Assembly: GCA_023267635.1 (NCBI GenBank)
Contig: JAHFMX010000001.1
Location: 83,165-147,164 of the forward strand
Source: a bacterium
GTDB lineage: Bacteria; Patescibacteriota; Minisyncoccia; Phycocordibacterales; UBA5272
Reading direction: 5' to 3'
Length of the DNA: 64,000 nt
Part shown: in pieces, positions 30,742 through 39,721 of the stretch
How the letters are laid out: each line of letters begins with the position of its first letter
How positions within the stretch are numbered: the first letter of the stretch is position 1
Made by a program: the position numbers and the translations under genes
Notes under the pieces: generated by a model
Database searches by the model: none
What the model was told of the DNA's origin: nothing
What the model saw: the letters and a program-made list of their open reading frames with translations, nothing else

Positions 30742-31956
30742 ATGAAAAGGCAAGACCTAGAAAAGTGTGGATTACCAGACACCCCAGGGGTGTATTTTTT
30801 CCGTGACACAGAAGGAAACATTCTCTACATAGGAAAAGCCACATCTCTGCGCGACCGTGTACGAAGTTACTTCAATCCTGACCTCATGAAATCCCGTGGG
30901 TTGCGTCTTGTGAGTATGGTTACTGCAGCTCATACGGTAACTCACCAAATAACCGAAAGCGTGTTGGAAGCTCTTCTTTTGGAAAGTAAGCTAATCAAAG
31001 ATAATGTTCCACCGTATAACGCGAAGGAAAAGGATAACAGGAGTTTTACCTGCGTAGTCATTACCAAGGAGGAGTTCCCTCGAGTGCTTGTCATGCGTAC
31101 GCGAGAATACGAAAAGAGGTTTACCAAAAAAGATACGCTTGCCGTGTATGGTCCGTTTGCTTCACTCACCCAATTGCGCGATGCAATGAAGATAATTAGA
31201 CGTATGTTCCCGTACAGAGATAAGTGTGAAGTTAACCAAGGCAAGCCTTGTTTTAACGCGCAGTTAAAGTTGTGTCCTGGGGTATGTTATGGTGCGGTGA
31301 CGAAGGAAGAGTATAAAAGACATATCAGTAATATTCAGAAACTCTTCGAAGGTAAAAAGACAGAACTTAAAAAAGACCTTGAAAAGCAAATGAAAGAGTA
31401 TGCCAAAAAGCATGCGTTTGAAAAAGCTGCCCAGGTAAGAAATACGCTTTTTGCGCTTGATCACATAAAAGACATTAGCTTAATTAAGGATGATGAAATA
31501 GTGTCCTTTAAAGATTCAGCCTTTAGAATTGAAGGGTATGATGTTGCACACATTTCTGGAACGGATCGAGTAGGGGTTATGACGGTGATTGAAGGTAAGG
31601 AAAAGATGACGGATGAGTACCGTAAATTCAAGCTTCCAGAAAGAACCAATGATGATTATGCAGGCCTTCGTGAAATAATGCTTCGTCGATTTGGACACAA
31701 AGAATGGCGTTATCCAGACCTCATTGTGATTGACGGAGGGGTAGGACATAAGCAAACAGCTGAAAAAATTCTCGCCGGACTCGGACTTCTTATTCCAATT
31801 GTGTCAGTGGTAAAAGATGAACGTCACAAACCAAAGGACATTTTAGGAGCAGCACTTCATGTGGATAACCACAAAAAGGAAATACTTTTAGTGAACTCCG
31901 AAGCTCACCGATTCGCGATTGGGTATCACAAAGTCTTACGAAATAGGCTTGTTTAG
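30742..31956 (+). CDS. uvrC: Excinuclease ABC subunit C, short form without C-terminal HhH domain
   Basis: GIY-YIG (GVYFF...LYIGKA...RVRSYF), Cys cluster, UVR, RIEGYDVAH, IVIDGG, EAHRFAI. Confidence 0.92.
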   Translation: MKRQDLEKCGLPDTPGVYFFRDTEGNILYIGKATSLRDRVRSYFNPDLMKSRGLRLVSMVTAAHTVTHQITESVLEALLLESKLIKDNVPPYNAKEKDNRSFTCVVITKEEFPRVLVMRTREYEKRFTKKDTLAVYGPFASLTQLRDAMKIIRRMFPYRDKCEVNQGKPCFNAQLKLCPGVCYGAVTKEEYKRHISNIQKLFEGKKTELKKDLEKQMKEYAKKHAFEKAAQVRNTLFALDHIKDISLIKDDEIVSFKDSAFRIEGYDVAHISGTDRVGVMTVIEGKEKMTDEYRKFKLPERTNDDYAGLREIMLRRFGHKEWRYPDLIVIDGGVGHKQTAEKILAGLGLLIPIVSVVKDERHKPKDILGAALHVDNHKKEILLVNSEAHRFAIGYHKVLRNRLV

Positions 31957-32081
31957 AAGCACGCGAAAAGGGCTGTCAAGACTAACTCTTGACACTGATT
32001 TGAGAGACAAAAAAGATGGCTTTTAGCTATAAATAGTTACAATAGGTGTATTAATAAATGTACTAATTTCAAGCGAGTGTT

Positions 32082-35063
32082 ATGGCTATTCTACAAATAA
32101 TTAAGAAGCGAAATGGTGAGTTTGTTCCGTTCGATGCAGATAAGATTGAGAGGGCTATTAAGAAGGCGTTCGTCAGCGTAACTCGCGACGAAAAAGCCGC
32201 GGTTGCAAAACATATTACGGAACTTGTTTCAAAAGAACTCGAACTTGAAGCCATTACGCGCGAGGGATATACACCAACGGTTGAGCATACGCAGGACCTC
32301 GTGGAAAAGCACATCATGGGAGCTGGTTTCTTTGAGGTTGCAAAGCATTACATCATTTACCGCTTTGAGCACGCCAAGATTCGTGAAGTGAAGAAGCAGG
32401 AGACGCTTGAAAAGGTGGAGGAGGGAGGTCTCGCCATCACAAAGCGCGACGGGTCTTCACAGCGCTTTGATATTGAAAAGGTTCGCACATCAATTATGAA
32501 CGTTATTGCTGGCTACGAGAAGGAAATTAACGTTGAGCAGATTCTTAACCAGATCAAACTTGAAGTGTACGAAGGAATGCCAACTCGCGAAATTCGTAAG
32601 GCTCTCGTGATGACGGTTCGTTCAATGATTGAACAGGATCCAGCGTATGCATACGTTGCATCACGCATGGTACTTCATTCAATTAATGAGGATATTCTTG
32701 GGGACGCGCTTGATTACAGTAAGATTGATGAACAGTACAAAGCTGCGTTTGCTACAGGTATCAACAAGGGACTTGAACGTGGTCTTTTGGATCAGCGTAT
32801 GAAGAACTTTGATCTTTCTCGTCTTGCGAACGCGCTCGTTCGTTCTCGTGACGATTTGTTTATGTATCTCGGTACTCAGACACTCTATGAACGATACCTC
32901 GTTCGTGATGTGGAAGGGGATGGAAAAATTATTGAACACATGCAGGGATTCTGGATGCGTATCGCTATGGGTATCGCGCTTGCTGAAAAAGAACTTGATC
33001 GCACAACACGTGCTATCGAATTCTATGAAGCAATGTCGACACTTCGTTTCGTGCCATCATCTCCTACACTCTTCCACGCTGGAACAAAGCACCCACAGCT
33101 TTCAAGTTGCTACTTGAACACCGTAGGGGATTCGCTTGAATCTATCTTTAAGGTGTACGCTGACAACGCACAGCTTTCAAAGTGGGCAGGAGGAATTGGA
33201 AGTGACTGGACAAATGTTCGTGCCTCAGGATCTCTTGTTAAGAAATCAGGCATCCGTTCAAACGGAATCATTCCGTTTCTTAAGATCGCAAACGACGTAA
33301 CGGTAGCTATTAACCGTTCAGGTCGCCGCCGAGGAGCAACATGTGTGTACCTCGAAAACTGGCACTTAGACGTTGAAGAATTCCTAGATCTACGAAAGAA
33401 CACAGGAGATGACCGTCGTCGAACACACGATATGGATACAGCGCTTTGGATTTCTGACCTCTTTATGAAGCGTGCACAAGAAGATGGAGATTGGACACTC
33501 TTCTCACCGGACGAAGTGCCAGAGCTCCACGAAACATACGGCTCAACATTTGAGGCTCACTACAACCGCTACGAAGCACTCGCAGCTGAAGGTAAGATGA
33601 AGGTATTCAAGACTATCAAGGCTCGTGAACTTTGGAGAAAGATGGTGACTATGCTCTACGAAACAGGACACCCATGGATTACATGGAAGGATGCATCAAA
33701 CGTTCGTTCACCACAGGATCACGCAGGAGTTATTCACAACTCAAACCTTTGTACAGAAATCACATTAAACAACTCAACAGAAGAAACAGCCGTATGTAAC
33801 CTCGGATCACTTAACTACCAGCGTCTTATGCGTGATGGTAAGTTTGATGTAGATCTCGTTGCAACAACAGTTCGTACAGCAGTGCGAATGCTTGATAACG
33901 TTATCGATGTGAACTACTACCCAACCGTAGAAGCAGAACGTTCAAACTTCCGCCACCGACCAATTGGAATGGGTATCATGGGATTCCACGATGCGCTCTA
34001 TATAATGGACATCAACTTTGACTCAGATGAAGCTGTAAAGTTTGCTGACGAATCAATGGAACTTATCTCATATCACGCAATTCTTACATCAGCTGACCTA
34101 GCACGTGAGCGAGGAAGTTATTCAAGTTACAAGGGAAGTAAGTGGGATAGAAGTATTTTCCCAGTGGACACTATGGCGCTCCTTGAAAAGGAACGTGGGG
34201 TAGAAATTCCAGTAAGCAAGGAAGGACGACTTGATTGGACACCAGTTCGTGAAGCGGTACGTCAGTACGGTATGCGAAATAGTAACACAATGGCGATGGC
34301 GCCGACTGCTACGATTTCAAACATCGCAGGTTGTGTTCCATGTATCGAACCGATCTACAAGAACATCTATGTGAAGTCGAACATGAACGGTGAGTTCATT
34401 ATCATCAACCCATACCTCGTGACTGATTTGAAGGCACTTGGTCTTTGGGACTTTGAAATGATTGGCCAGCTCAAGTATCACGATGGATCAGTGAAGGATA
34501 TTCCACAAGTGCCAGCGCATTTGAAGGATAAGTACAAGGAAGTGTTCGAGGTCGACCCATCATGGCTCATTAAGTCAGCGGCACATCGTGGAAAGTGGGT
34601 AGACATGTCACAATCCCTCAACATTTACTTTGCCGGAACTTCAGGACGTGAACTCGCAAACATTTATGAGTACGCATGGAACCTCGGTCTCAAGACAACA
34701 TATTACCTTCGTTCACTCAGTGCGTCTCAGGTTGAGAAGTCTACGGTTAACGCATCTGAATTCGGCTCAACACACAAGCGTGGAGCAGAAGGTGGAACAC
34801 AGGTTAGTTCATCCTCTGAAACTTCCGTTCCAAGTACTATGAACATGGAAACAGCGGTGGCTTCAGTTGTCGCAGCAGACGTTGCGGTTGCAGAAGCAAT
34901 ACCAGCGCCGATCCTCTCTATCGTTCCAGATATGGCACAAGTTTCTAACGTTGTTGTACAAGAACAAGTACCAGCATTTGCAAACATGGGTACACCAACG
35001 AAGACTGCATCAAAGTACAACATCACCGTTATGCCTGAAGCACGTTGCGACGGTTGTGAATAA
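32082..35063 (+). CDS. nrdA: Class I ribonucleotide reductase alpha subunit with two ATP cones
   Basis: IIKKRNG and ITKRDG cones, QLSSCY, NSNLCTEI, MAPTATIS, KTTYY, terminal CDGC. Confidence 0.97.
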   Translation: MAILQIIKKRNGEFVPFDADKIERAIKKAFVSVTRDEKAAVAKHITELVSKELELEAITREGYTPTVEHTQDLVEKHIMGAGFFEVAKHYIIYRFEHAKIREVKKQETLEKVEEGGLAITKRDGSSQRFDIEKVRTSIMNVIAGYEKEINVEQILNQIKLEVYEGMPTREIRKALVMTVRSMIEQDPAYAYVASRMVLHSINEDILGDALDYSKIDEQYKAAFATGINKGLERGLLDQRMKNFDLSRLANALVRSRDDLFMYLGTQTLYERYLVRDVEGDGKIIEHMQGFWMRIAMGIALAEKELDRTTRAIEFYEAMSTLRFVPSSPTLFHAGTKHPQLSSCYLNTVGDSLESIFKVYADNAQLSKWAGGIGSDWTNVRASGSLVKKSGIRSNGIIPFLKIANDVTVAINRSGRRRGATCVYLENWHLDVEEFLDLRKNTGDDRRRTHDMDTALWISDLFMKRAQEDGDWTLFSPDEVPELHETYGSTFEAHYNRYEALAAEGKMKVFKTIKARELWRKMVTMLYETGHPWITWKDASNVRSPQDHAGVIHNSNLCTEITLNNSTEETAVCNLGSLNYQRLMRDGKFDVDLVATTVRTAVRMLDNVIDVNYYPTVEAERSNFRHRPIGMGIMGFHDALYIMDINFDSDEAVKFADESMELISYHAILTSADLARERGSYSSYKGSKWDRSIFPVDTMALLEKERGVEIPVSKEGRLDWTPVREAVRQYGMRNSNTMAMAPTATISNIAGCVPCIEPIYKNIYVKSNMNGEFIIINPYLVTDLKALGLWDFEMIGQLKYHDGSVKDIPQVPAHLKDKYKEVFEVDPSWLIKSAAHRGKWVDMSQSLNIYFAGTSGRELANIYEYAWNLGLKTTYYLRSLSASQVEKSTVNASEFGSTHKRGAEGGTQVSSSSETSVPSTMNMETAVASVVAADVAVAEAIPAPILSIVPDMAQVSNVVVQEQVPAFANMGTPTKTASKYNITVMPEARCDGCE

Positions 35064-35094
35064 TTAATTAAAAAACGCTTAACATTAAAAACGT

Positions 35095-36207
35095 ATGCCC
35101 CCAACAACTCCCAACAACACACATGTAAACGGTTCATCAGGTCCAGTACCAGCGGGCTATAATCCTGCGAACCCAGTTATCGACCGCACTGCAGGACGTG
35201 TGGATGTAAACAAGCGTAAGATCATCAACGGTGAAGGGGCAGACGTGGTACAGTTGTGGCCAATCAAGCACAAGTTCGCATGGGACGCGTACAATGTTGG
35301 AAATGCAAACCACTGGCTTCCAACGGAAATCAGTATGCAGTCAGACATCGAACAGTGGAAGGCATCAAACGTACTGACAGCAGATGAACGTCACGCACTT
35401 CGTATGGTGCTTGGATTCTTTACAACAGCTGACTCAATTGCTGCGAACAACCTCGTGCTCGCATTCTACAAACACATTACCTCGCCTGAGGCGCGACTCT
35501 TCCTTCTTCGTCAGGCGTACGAAGAGGCGATTCACACACAGGCGTACCAGTACATCGTGGAGTCTCTTGGACTTGATGGAACAGAAATCTTCAATATGTA
35601 TCGTGAGGTGGATGCGATTTATGACAAGGAAGAATTTATTCTTTCTTTCAATCAAGGAATCTTTGATCCAAATTTCAAGACAGGAACATTTGAAAACGAT
35701 CAGAAGTTTCTTGAGAACATGTGCGTATTCTCACTCATCCTTGAAGGAATCTTCTTCTATTCATCGTTTGCGGTTATGTTCGGATTCCAGCGACAGAACA
35801 AGCTTGTTGGTTCAGCAGAACAGATTCAGTACATCATGCGTGACGAATCAACACATATGAACTTCGGTATCGATATGATTAACACGATCAAGCAGGAACA
35901 ACCAGAACTCTGGACACCAGCGTTTGTTGATCGTATCAAGGCGCTTATTGATAAGGCGGTAAAGCTTGAGTATCAGTTCGCAGTGGACGTTTTCCCTAAG
36001 GGAATCTTTGGACTTAACGCTGAAGGGTTCAAGCAGTACATCGAACACATCGCAGACCGACGTCTTGCTCGTGTTGGAATCGACCCTGTGTACAATACAG
36101 CAAACCCATTCCCATGGATGTCAGAGGCGGTGGATTTGAACAAGGAGAAAAACTTTTTCGAGACGCGTGTGACTGAGTATAAGACTGGCGGAACTCTTAG
36201 CTGGTAA
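35095..36207 (+). CDS. nrdB: Class Ia ribonucleotide reductase beta subunit
   Basis: FFTTADS, EAIHTQAY (radical Tyr retained), EGIFF, RDESTH, NFFETRVTEY. Confidence 0.97.
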   Translation: MPPTTPNNTHVNGSSGPVPAGYNPANPVIDRTAGRVDVNKRKIINGEGADVVQLWPIKHKFAWDAYNVGNANHWLPTEISMQSDIEQWKASNVLTADERHALRMVLGFFTTADSIAANNLVLAFYKHITSPEARLFLLRQAYEEAIHTQAYQYIVESLGLDGTEIFNMYREVDAIYDKEEFILSFNQGIFDPNFKTGTFENDQKFLENMCVFSLILEGIFFYSSFAVMFGFQRQNKLVGSAEQIQYIMRDESTHMNFGIDMINTIKQEQPELWTPAFVDRIKALIDKAVKLEYQFAVDVFPKGIFGLNAEGFKQYIEHIADRRLARVGIDPVYNTANPFPWMSEAVDLNKEKNFFETRVTEYKTGGTLSW

Positions 36208-36210
36208 GCC

Positions 36211-36328
36211 AGCTTCCATTTTCGGCGAATTTCTTTGTTGTCATCGTGCGCTCATGTGTCACTGTACAACTTGTACACCTCCACACTCGCGCACTCGACG
36301 CCTCGAACTTCATCCAAAACTGAAAGCT
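36211..36328 (-). repeat. GTAC-core palindromic element
   Basis: Minus strand: aggcgtcgagtgcgc...gaggtGTAC-aagtt-GTACagtga...gcgcac...acaacaaag with imperfect outer IR. Confidence 0.65.
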
Positions 36329-36335
36329 TAAGTAA

Positions 36336-36896
36336 ATGAAAAGAAAAGACTTAATTGATAATATTGAAGGATCAAGACTTAAGAAGCAGTTCCTAGAAGC
36401 ATTTCTCCTACAGAGTGCTTTTATTGAGGGGTTGTTAAAAAAGCTTGTAGAAGATAATTTCTTTTCAAAAGTCTCCCTTCCTATTATGATGGCCAAGCTT
36501 AAAGAAACTCCAAATTCGTTTACAGAGCCAAAGGAGATTGTTTATTTAAAAGAAAAACTATTAAGGCAAAATCTTTACGAGATTATAGAGCACCTTTCCA
36601 AGGTAGAAGTTATTGATGACGAACTTAAAAAGCAACTTCACTTTTATCGGGATAGAAGAAATTCTATTTTGCATGACCTTGTTGGTAAGATGTCAAAACA
36701 GGAATTCGAAAAAGAAATAGAAGAACTTGTTTCCAAGGGTGTTGCGATACTAAATAACCATTCAATGGTTGCAGCGTCTGAATCTGTAAGGCAAAGAGAG
36801 GAGATCGCAGAAGTAATTGAAAGCGGTGATGAGGAAAAACTTAAAGAGTACTTAGACGCTCTTGGAGAAAAGTCGAAGAAATTACCAGAGGTTTAA
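36336..36896 (+). CDS. Putative HEPN-like protein
   Basis: Helical 186-aa protein, AFIEGLLK and RNSILH (Rx4H); AT-rich. Confidence 0.55.
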   Translation: MKRKDLIDNIEGSRLKKQFLEAFLLQSAFIEGLLKKLVEDNFFSKVSLPIMMAKLKETPNSFTEPKEIVYLKEKLLRQNLYEIIEHLSKVEVIDDELKKQLHFYRDRRNSILHDLVGKMSKQEFEKEIEELVSKGVAILNNHSMVAASESVRQREEIAEVIESGDEEKLKEYLDALGEKSKKLPEV

Positions 36897-36931
36897 AATT
36901 TCTTTTCCCTTCGCTCTCTAAAAAGATTTAT

Positions 36932-36967
36932 AGAAAAAGAAAAGCCGAGGACTTATAAGTCCTCGGC
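36932..36967 (-). terminator. Minus-strand Rho-independent terminator
   Basis: gccgaggactta/taagtcctcggc palindrome followed on the minus strand by ttttcttttt. Confidence 0.75.
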
Positions 36968-37094
36968 AGGTTGCGTCACAGAGCTACGATGTGGAATCCA
37001 CGACACGTGGTGTACGCACCTTGAGTTGTTCAAGACAAACTCACATATAACACACGAAACGACGCTCGGCTGCGGCGACGTGCGCGCGTAGCTC
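36934..37094 (-). ncRNA. Candidate stand-alone small RNA (~160 nt)
   Basis: TGGTATACT at 37107-37099, closing helix gagctacg/cgtagctc, own terminator, no ORF. Confidence 0.55.
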
Positions 37095-37138
37095 CTACAG
37101 TATACCATTATGGGTTTTGGTTCTGATATACTAAACCC

Positions 37139-38116
37139 ATGTTACACGTATCTCGCAGTCTTCCTGATATCGCCGTTCTCCGTGGAGGAAAAGAGGATTT
37201 TGGTGTGTCTCTTCAAGAAGGACAAGAGGTACTGAAATCACTCTCACAGATTGGCTATAAACCACTCGATGTGTTGGTTGATAAAGAGGGGAATTGGACA
37301 ACGCAAGGAAAGCCAACGGACGCGCACGCTGTGTTTACCCGTGCTCACACGGTGGTGGATGCAACACGAGACGCTCATGCCTCACACATTAAACTCGCAA
37401 AGAAAATGGGGATCACATTATTTTTCTCAAAAGGAAATGATGTACACATGGATAGGGAAGATATGTATCGATTGCTTCGCATGCAAGGATTTAAAGTTCC
37501 TGATACAACAGTTGTGCGAGCGAAGGCGTCACTTGAGGATTCTTTCTTTCGTAATCTCTGGTCAACATATCACACACCGCTCATGATTCGTCCGCTTGAG
37601 CGCAGTAGTACTGAACAGTCAAAACTCGTCACTGCATTTCCAGATTTTGAAAACACGGTACGAGACTTTCATAGTAAGGGGATAGATGTACATGTGCTTA
37701 CATATAAAAAAGCGCCAACATCATCCATAGCTGTACTCCCTAACTTTCGTGGAGAGGAACTCTACACACCTCTTTGGGTTGAAACATTTGGAAGCCTAAA
37801 TGCAATTCCAAATAGAAGTCATCCAATGCGCGCTCACGCAAACGCACCTGACTACAGAAAGGAACAAATGAAAGATATTGCTACAAAAGTATACAAGGCG
37901 CTTAATCTTTCTTCCCCAGCCTGTATCGATGTTGTTCCGCACGGAGATGGATATATGATTGTGAACGTTGAACGTACTCCGTCTATCGGTAAAGAGGGAC
38001 GCTTCATGCAGTCGCTCCATTCAACAGGAATTGATGTTGGGCAATATGTGCATTCTCAGATTCAGCGCGAACTGGAAAGCGTTGCACCTCTACAACCATA
38101 TGAGTACGCGAGATAG
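37139..38116 (+). CDS. D-Ala-D-Ala ligase-like ATP-grasp protein, catalytic motifs degenerate
   Basis: IAVLRGG...VSLQEG N-terminus, PLMIRP, IDVV, NVERTPS where Ddl has EVNTxPG. Confidence 0.7.
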   Translation: MLHVSRSLPDIAVLRGGKEDFGVSLQEGQEVLKSLSQIGYKPLDVLVDKEGNWTTQGKPTDAHAVFTRAHTVVDATRDAHASHIKLAKKMGITLFFSKGNDVHMDREDMYRLLRMQGFKVPDTTVVRAKASLEDSFFRNLWSTYHTPLMIRPLERSSTEQSKLVTAFPDFENTVRDFHSKGIDVHVLTYKKAPTSSIAVLPNFRGEELYTPLWVETFGSLNAIPNRSHPMRAHANAPDYRKEQMKDIATKVYKALNLSSPACIDVVPHGDGYMIVNVERTPSIGKEGRFMQSLHSTGIDVGQYVHSQIQRELESVAPLQPYEYAR

Positions 38117-38180
38117 GCAACTCATTGCCATTATTTTAGGACTTCCAATTCTCATCGCAATTATTTTTTACTTTCTGTAG
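38100..38180 (+). CDS. Possible 26-aa membrane peptide
   Basis: MSTRDRQLIAIILGLPILIAIIFYFL overlapping the upstream stop. Confidence 0.3.
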   Translation: MSTRDRQLIAIILGLPILIAIIFYFL

Positions 38181-38183
38181 CTT

Positions 38184-38212
38184 TTGACAAAAGTACGTTT
38201 TTATGATATAAT
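38184..38212 (+). promoter_or_regulatory. Perfect consensus sigma70 promoter TTGACA-N17-TATAAT with extended TG
   Basis: ttgaca-aaagtacgtttttatga-tataat. Confidence 0.75.
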
Positions 38213-38283
38213 ATAGAGATAAGCCTATAGGGCTAACGTGTTTCTTAGTACTTTCAAAATAACTTACGTAACGAGGGGTAACA

Positions 38284-38895
38284 ATGAACAAGCTGTATTT
38301 CACTCTGGTGCTCGCTGTTCTTTCCTTTATTGGGAACGCACAAGCGGGAACCGTGACGCTTAATAAGAAAAAAATTGTTGAGGTGAACTCAGCTTCTGCT
38401 GTCTATGTTCTTAACGGGAAGGTGATTATCGACAACAAAGATTTCACACCTTCCGATACGAAAGAAGTTGATCTTATGGTCACCGGCTCGATCAAGGAGT
38501 TGAAAGTTAACTTCTGTGAATATTTGAGAATACACGGGGATGTGGAAACAACACAAACCAAATATTCGAAAATTGAAGTTGCGGGAGGTGTCTCTGGCTT
38601 GGCTAGTACGTACTCAGGTGGTGTTCATTCCAGAACGATATCGGGTACTGTATTTAAAAATCATGGAGAGATCATTTCCTCGAAAGAGAAAGAGCCTTTC
38701 CTTGAGGAGGCCAGAAAGATACGGGTCTTGATTAACGGCTCGATCAAGGAGTTGAAGGTCGGCGTTTGCTCAGGTGTCAGAATAAACGGCAACGCCAAAG
38801 ACGTTCAAACTCACTCGGGCAACATCGAAGTTTCCGGCACTATTTCTGGAGTGATACGAACCAAGTTTGGAGCAGTAAGCGCAAGTATCAAGTAG
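38284..38895 (+). CDS. Secreted beta-solenoid-like protein with internal duplication
   Basis: Signal peptide ending AQA; GSIKELKV..C..RI.G repeated twice with DNA repeat cggctcgatcaaggagttgaa. Confidence 0.7.
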   Translation: MNKLYFTLVLAVLSFIGNAQAGTVTLNKKKIVEVNSASAVYVLNGKVIIDNKDFTPSDTKEVDLMVTGSIKELKVNFCEYLRIHGDVETTQTKYSKIEVAGGVSGLASTYSGGVHSRTISGTVFKNHGEIISSKEKEPFLEEARKIRVLINGSIKELKVGVCSGVRINGNAKDVQTHSGNIEVSGTISGVIRTKFGAVSASIK

Positions 38896-38909
38896 TGCAA
38901 TTTTTGTAC

Positions 38910-38939
38910 AAAACCACCCTCGGGTGGTTTTTTCTTTTG
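38910..38939 (+). terminator. Rho-independent terminator
   Basis: aaaaccaccc-tc-gggtggtttttt. Confidence 0.75.
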
Positions 38940-38957
38940 TTCTAAAGAGAAAGTAAA

Positions 38958-39079
38958 CTTTTGTCTATATAAGACAATGGATACGCGACGCAGAATATTT
39001 TTTGATTGAGGTGTACAAGGAGTACTCCGATTGAGAAAAATATTCTGCAACAAAGTAGACGTGACTTAGATGGCAAAAG
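38958..39079 (+). repeat. GTAC-core palindromic element
   Basis: 13-bp IR gcagaatattttt/aaaaatattctgc around gaggtGTAC-aagga-GTAC, then aacaaag; imperfect outer IR. Confidence 0.65.
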
Positions 39080-39086
39080 ATTTCAA

Positions 39087-39209
39087 TTTTTGGTTTTAGA
39101 AGGATGCAGATATTAGGCGCGGAGAAACGAACGAGGAGACGTACGAAGAGTACGTTGACGAGCGAGTGAGGCTCCGCAACAAAATAAATGCGCCTTATAA
39201 AAGTAAAAA
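39087..39209 (+). repeat. GTAC-core palindromic element
   Basis: aggcgcggag...gaggagacGTAC-gaaga-GTACgttga...ctccgcaacaaa with imperfect outer IR. Confidence 0.65.
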
Positions 39210-39315
39210 CCGCCCCTCTGGTAAGTATGGCGGTTTTTACTTTGTTATTCTTTTTGCACTTGCGTGCATGAGAACGACGTCTTTGTTTGATGCGTTACGG
39301 TTGCTTCATGGCTAC

Positions 39316-39612
39316 CTACGCAACTTTTTTGTTAGCGGAAGGTTTTGCTTTCGAAGTTTCCGCTTTTTTGTGAGCAGCCTGTTTGAGGGACTGCTTCCCA
39401 GTTGTTTTTGAAGCCGCATCTGCTTTTTTATCAGCATCGACAAGCAAAGCCTTAGTGGTCCATTCAGATAGTTTCTGCGCTGTAGCTAGTGCGGTAGATT
39501 TTTTCTCATATCCTTCGGACATGAAAACCTGAGCACCACTTCGAGCGAGAAGTCTGAATCGATACAAACCTTTCTTATCTTTATAGACTTCAAGGATTGG
39601 TATCTTTGTCAT
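39316..39612 (-). CDS. YegP/DUF1508-family protein with Lys/Ala-rich tail
   Basis: EVYKDKKGLYRFRLLARSGAQVFMSEGY. Confidence 0.8.
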   Translation of the reverse strand: MTKIPILEVYKDKKGLYRFRLLARSGAQVFMSEGYEKKSTALATAQKLSEWTTKALLVDADKKADAASKTTGKQSLKQAAHKKAETSKAKPSANKKVA

Positions 39613-39721
39613 CTATTTGTATTACTTAAATTCTGATAAACATGAAACAACTGTCTACCAACTAGTGTAGCAACACTGCGTGGTATACTCAAGTGAAAGC
39701 TAGTAAGTTATTCACATATTT

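Noticed and set aside
32023-32065. Possible NrdR boxes upstream of nrdA (ctataaatag)
   Set aside because: Only one partial match in AT-rich DNA; no convincing second box
35095-36207. Class Ic (Mn/Fe) RNR beta subunit
   Set aside because: The radical Tyr (HTQAY) and first-ligand Asp are retained, consistent with class Ia
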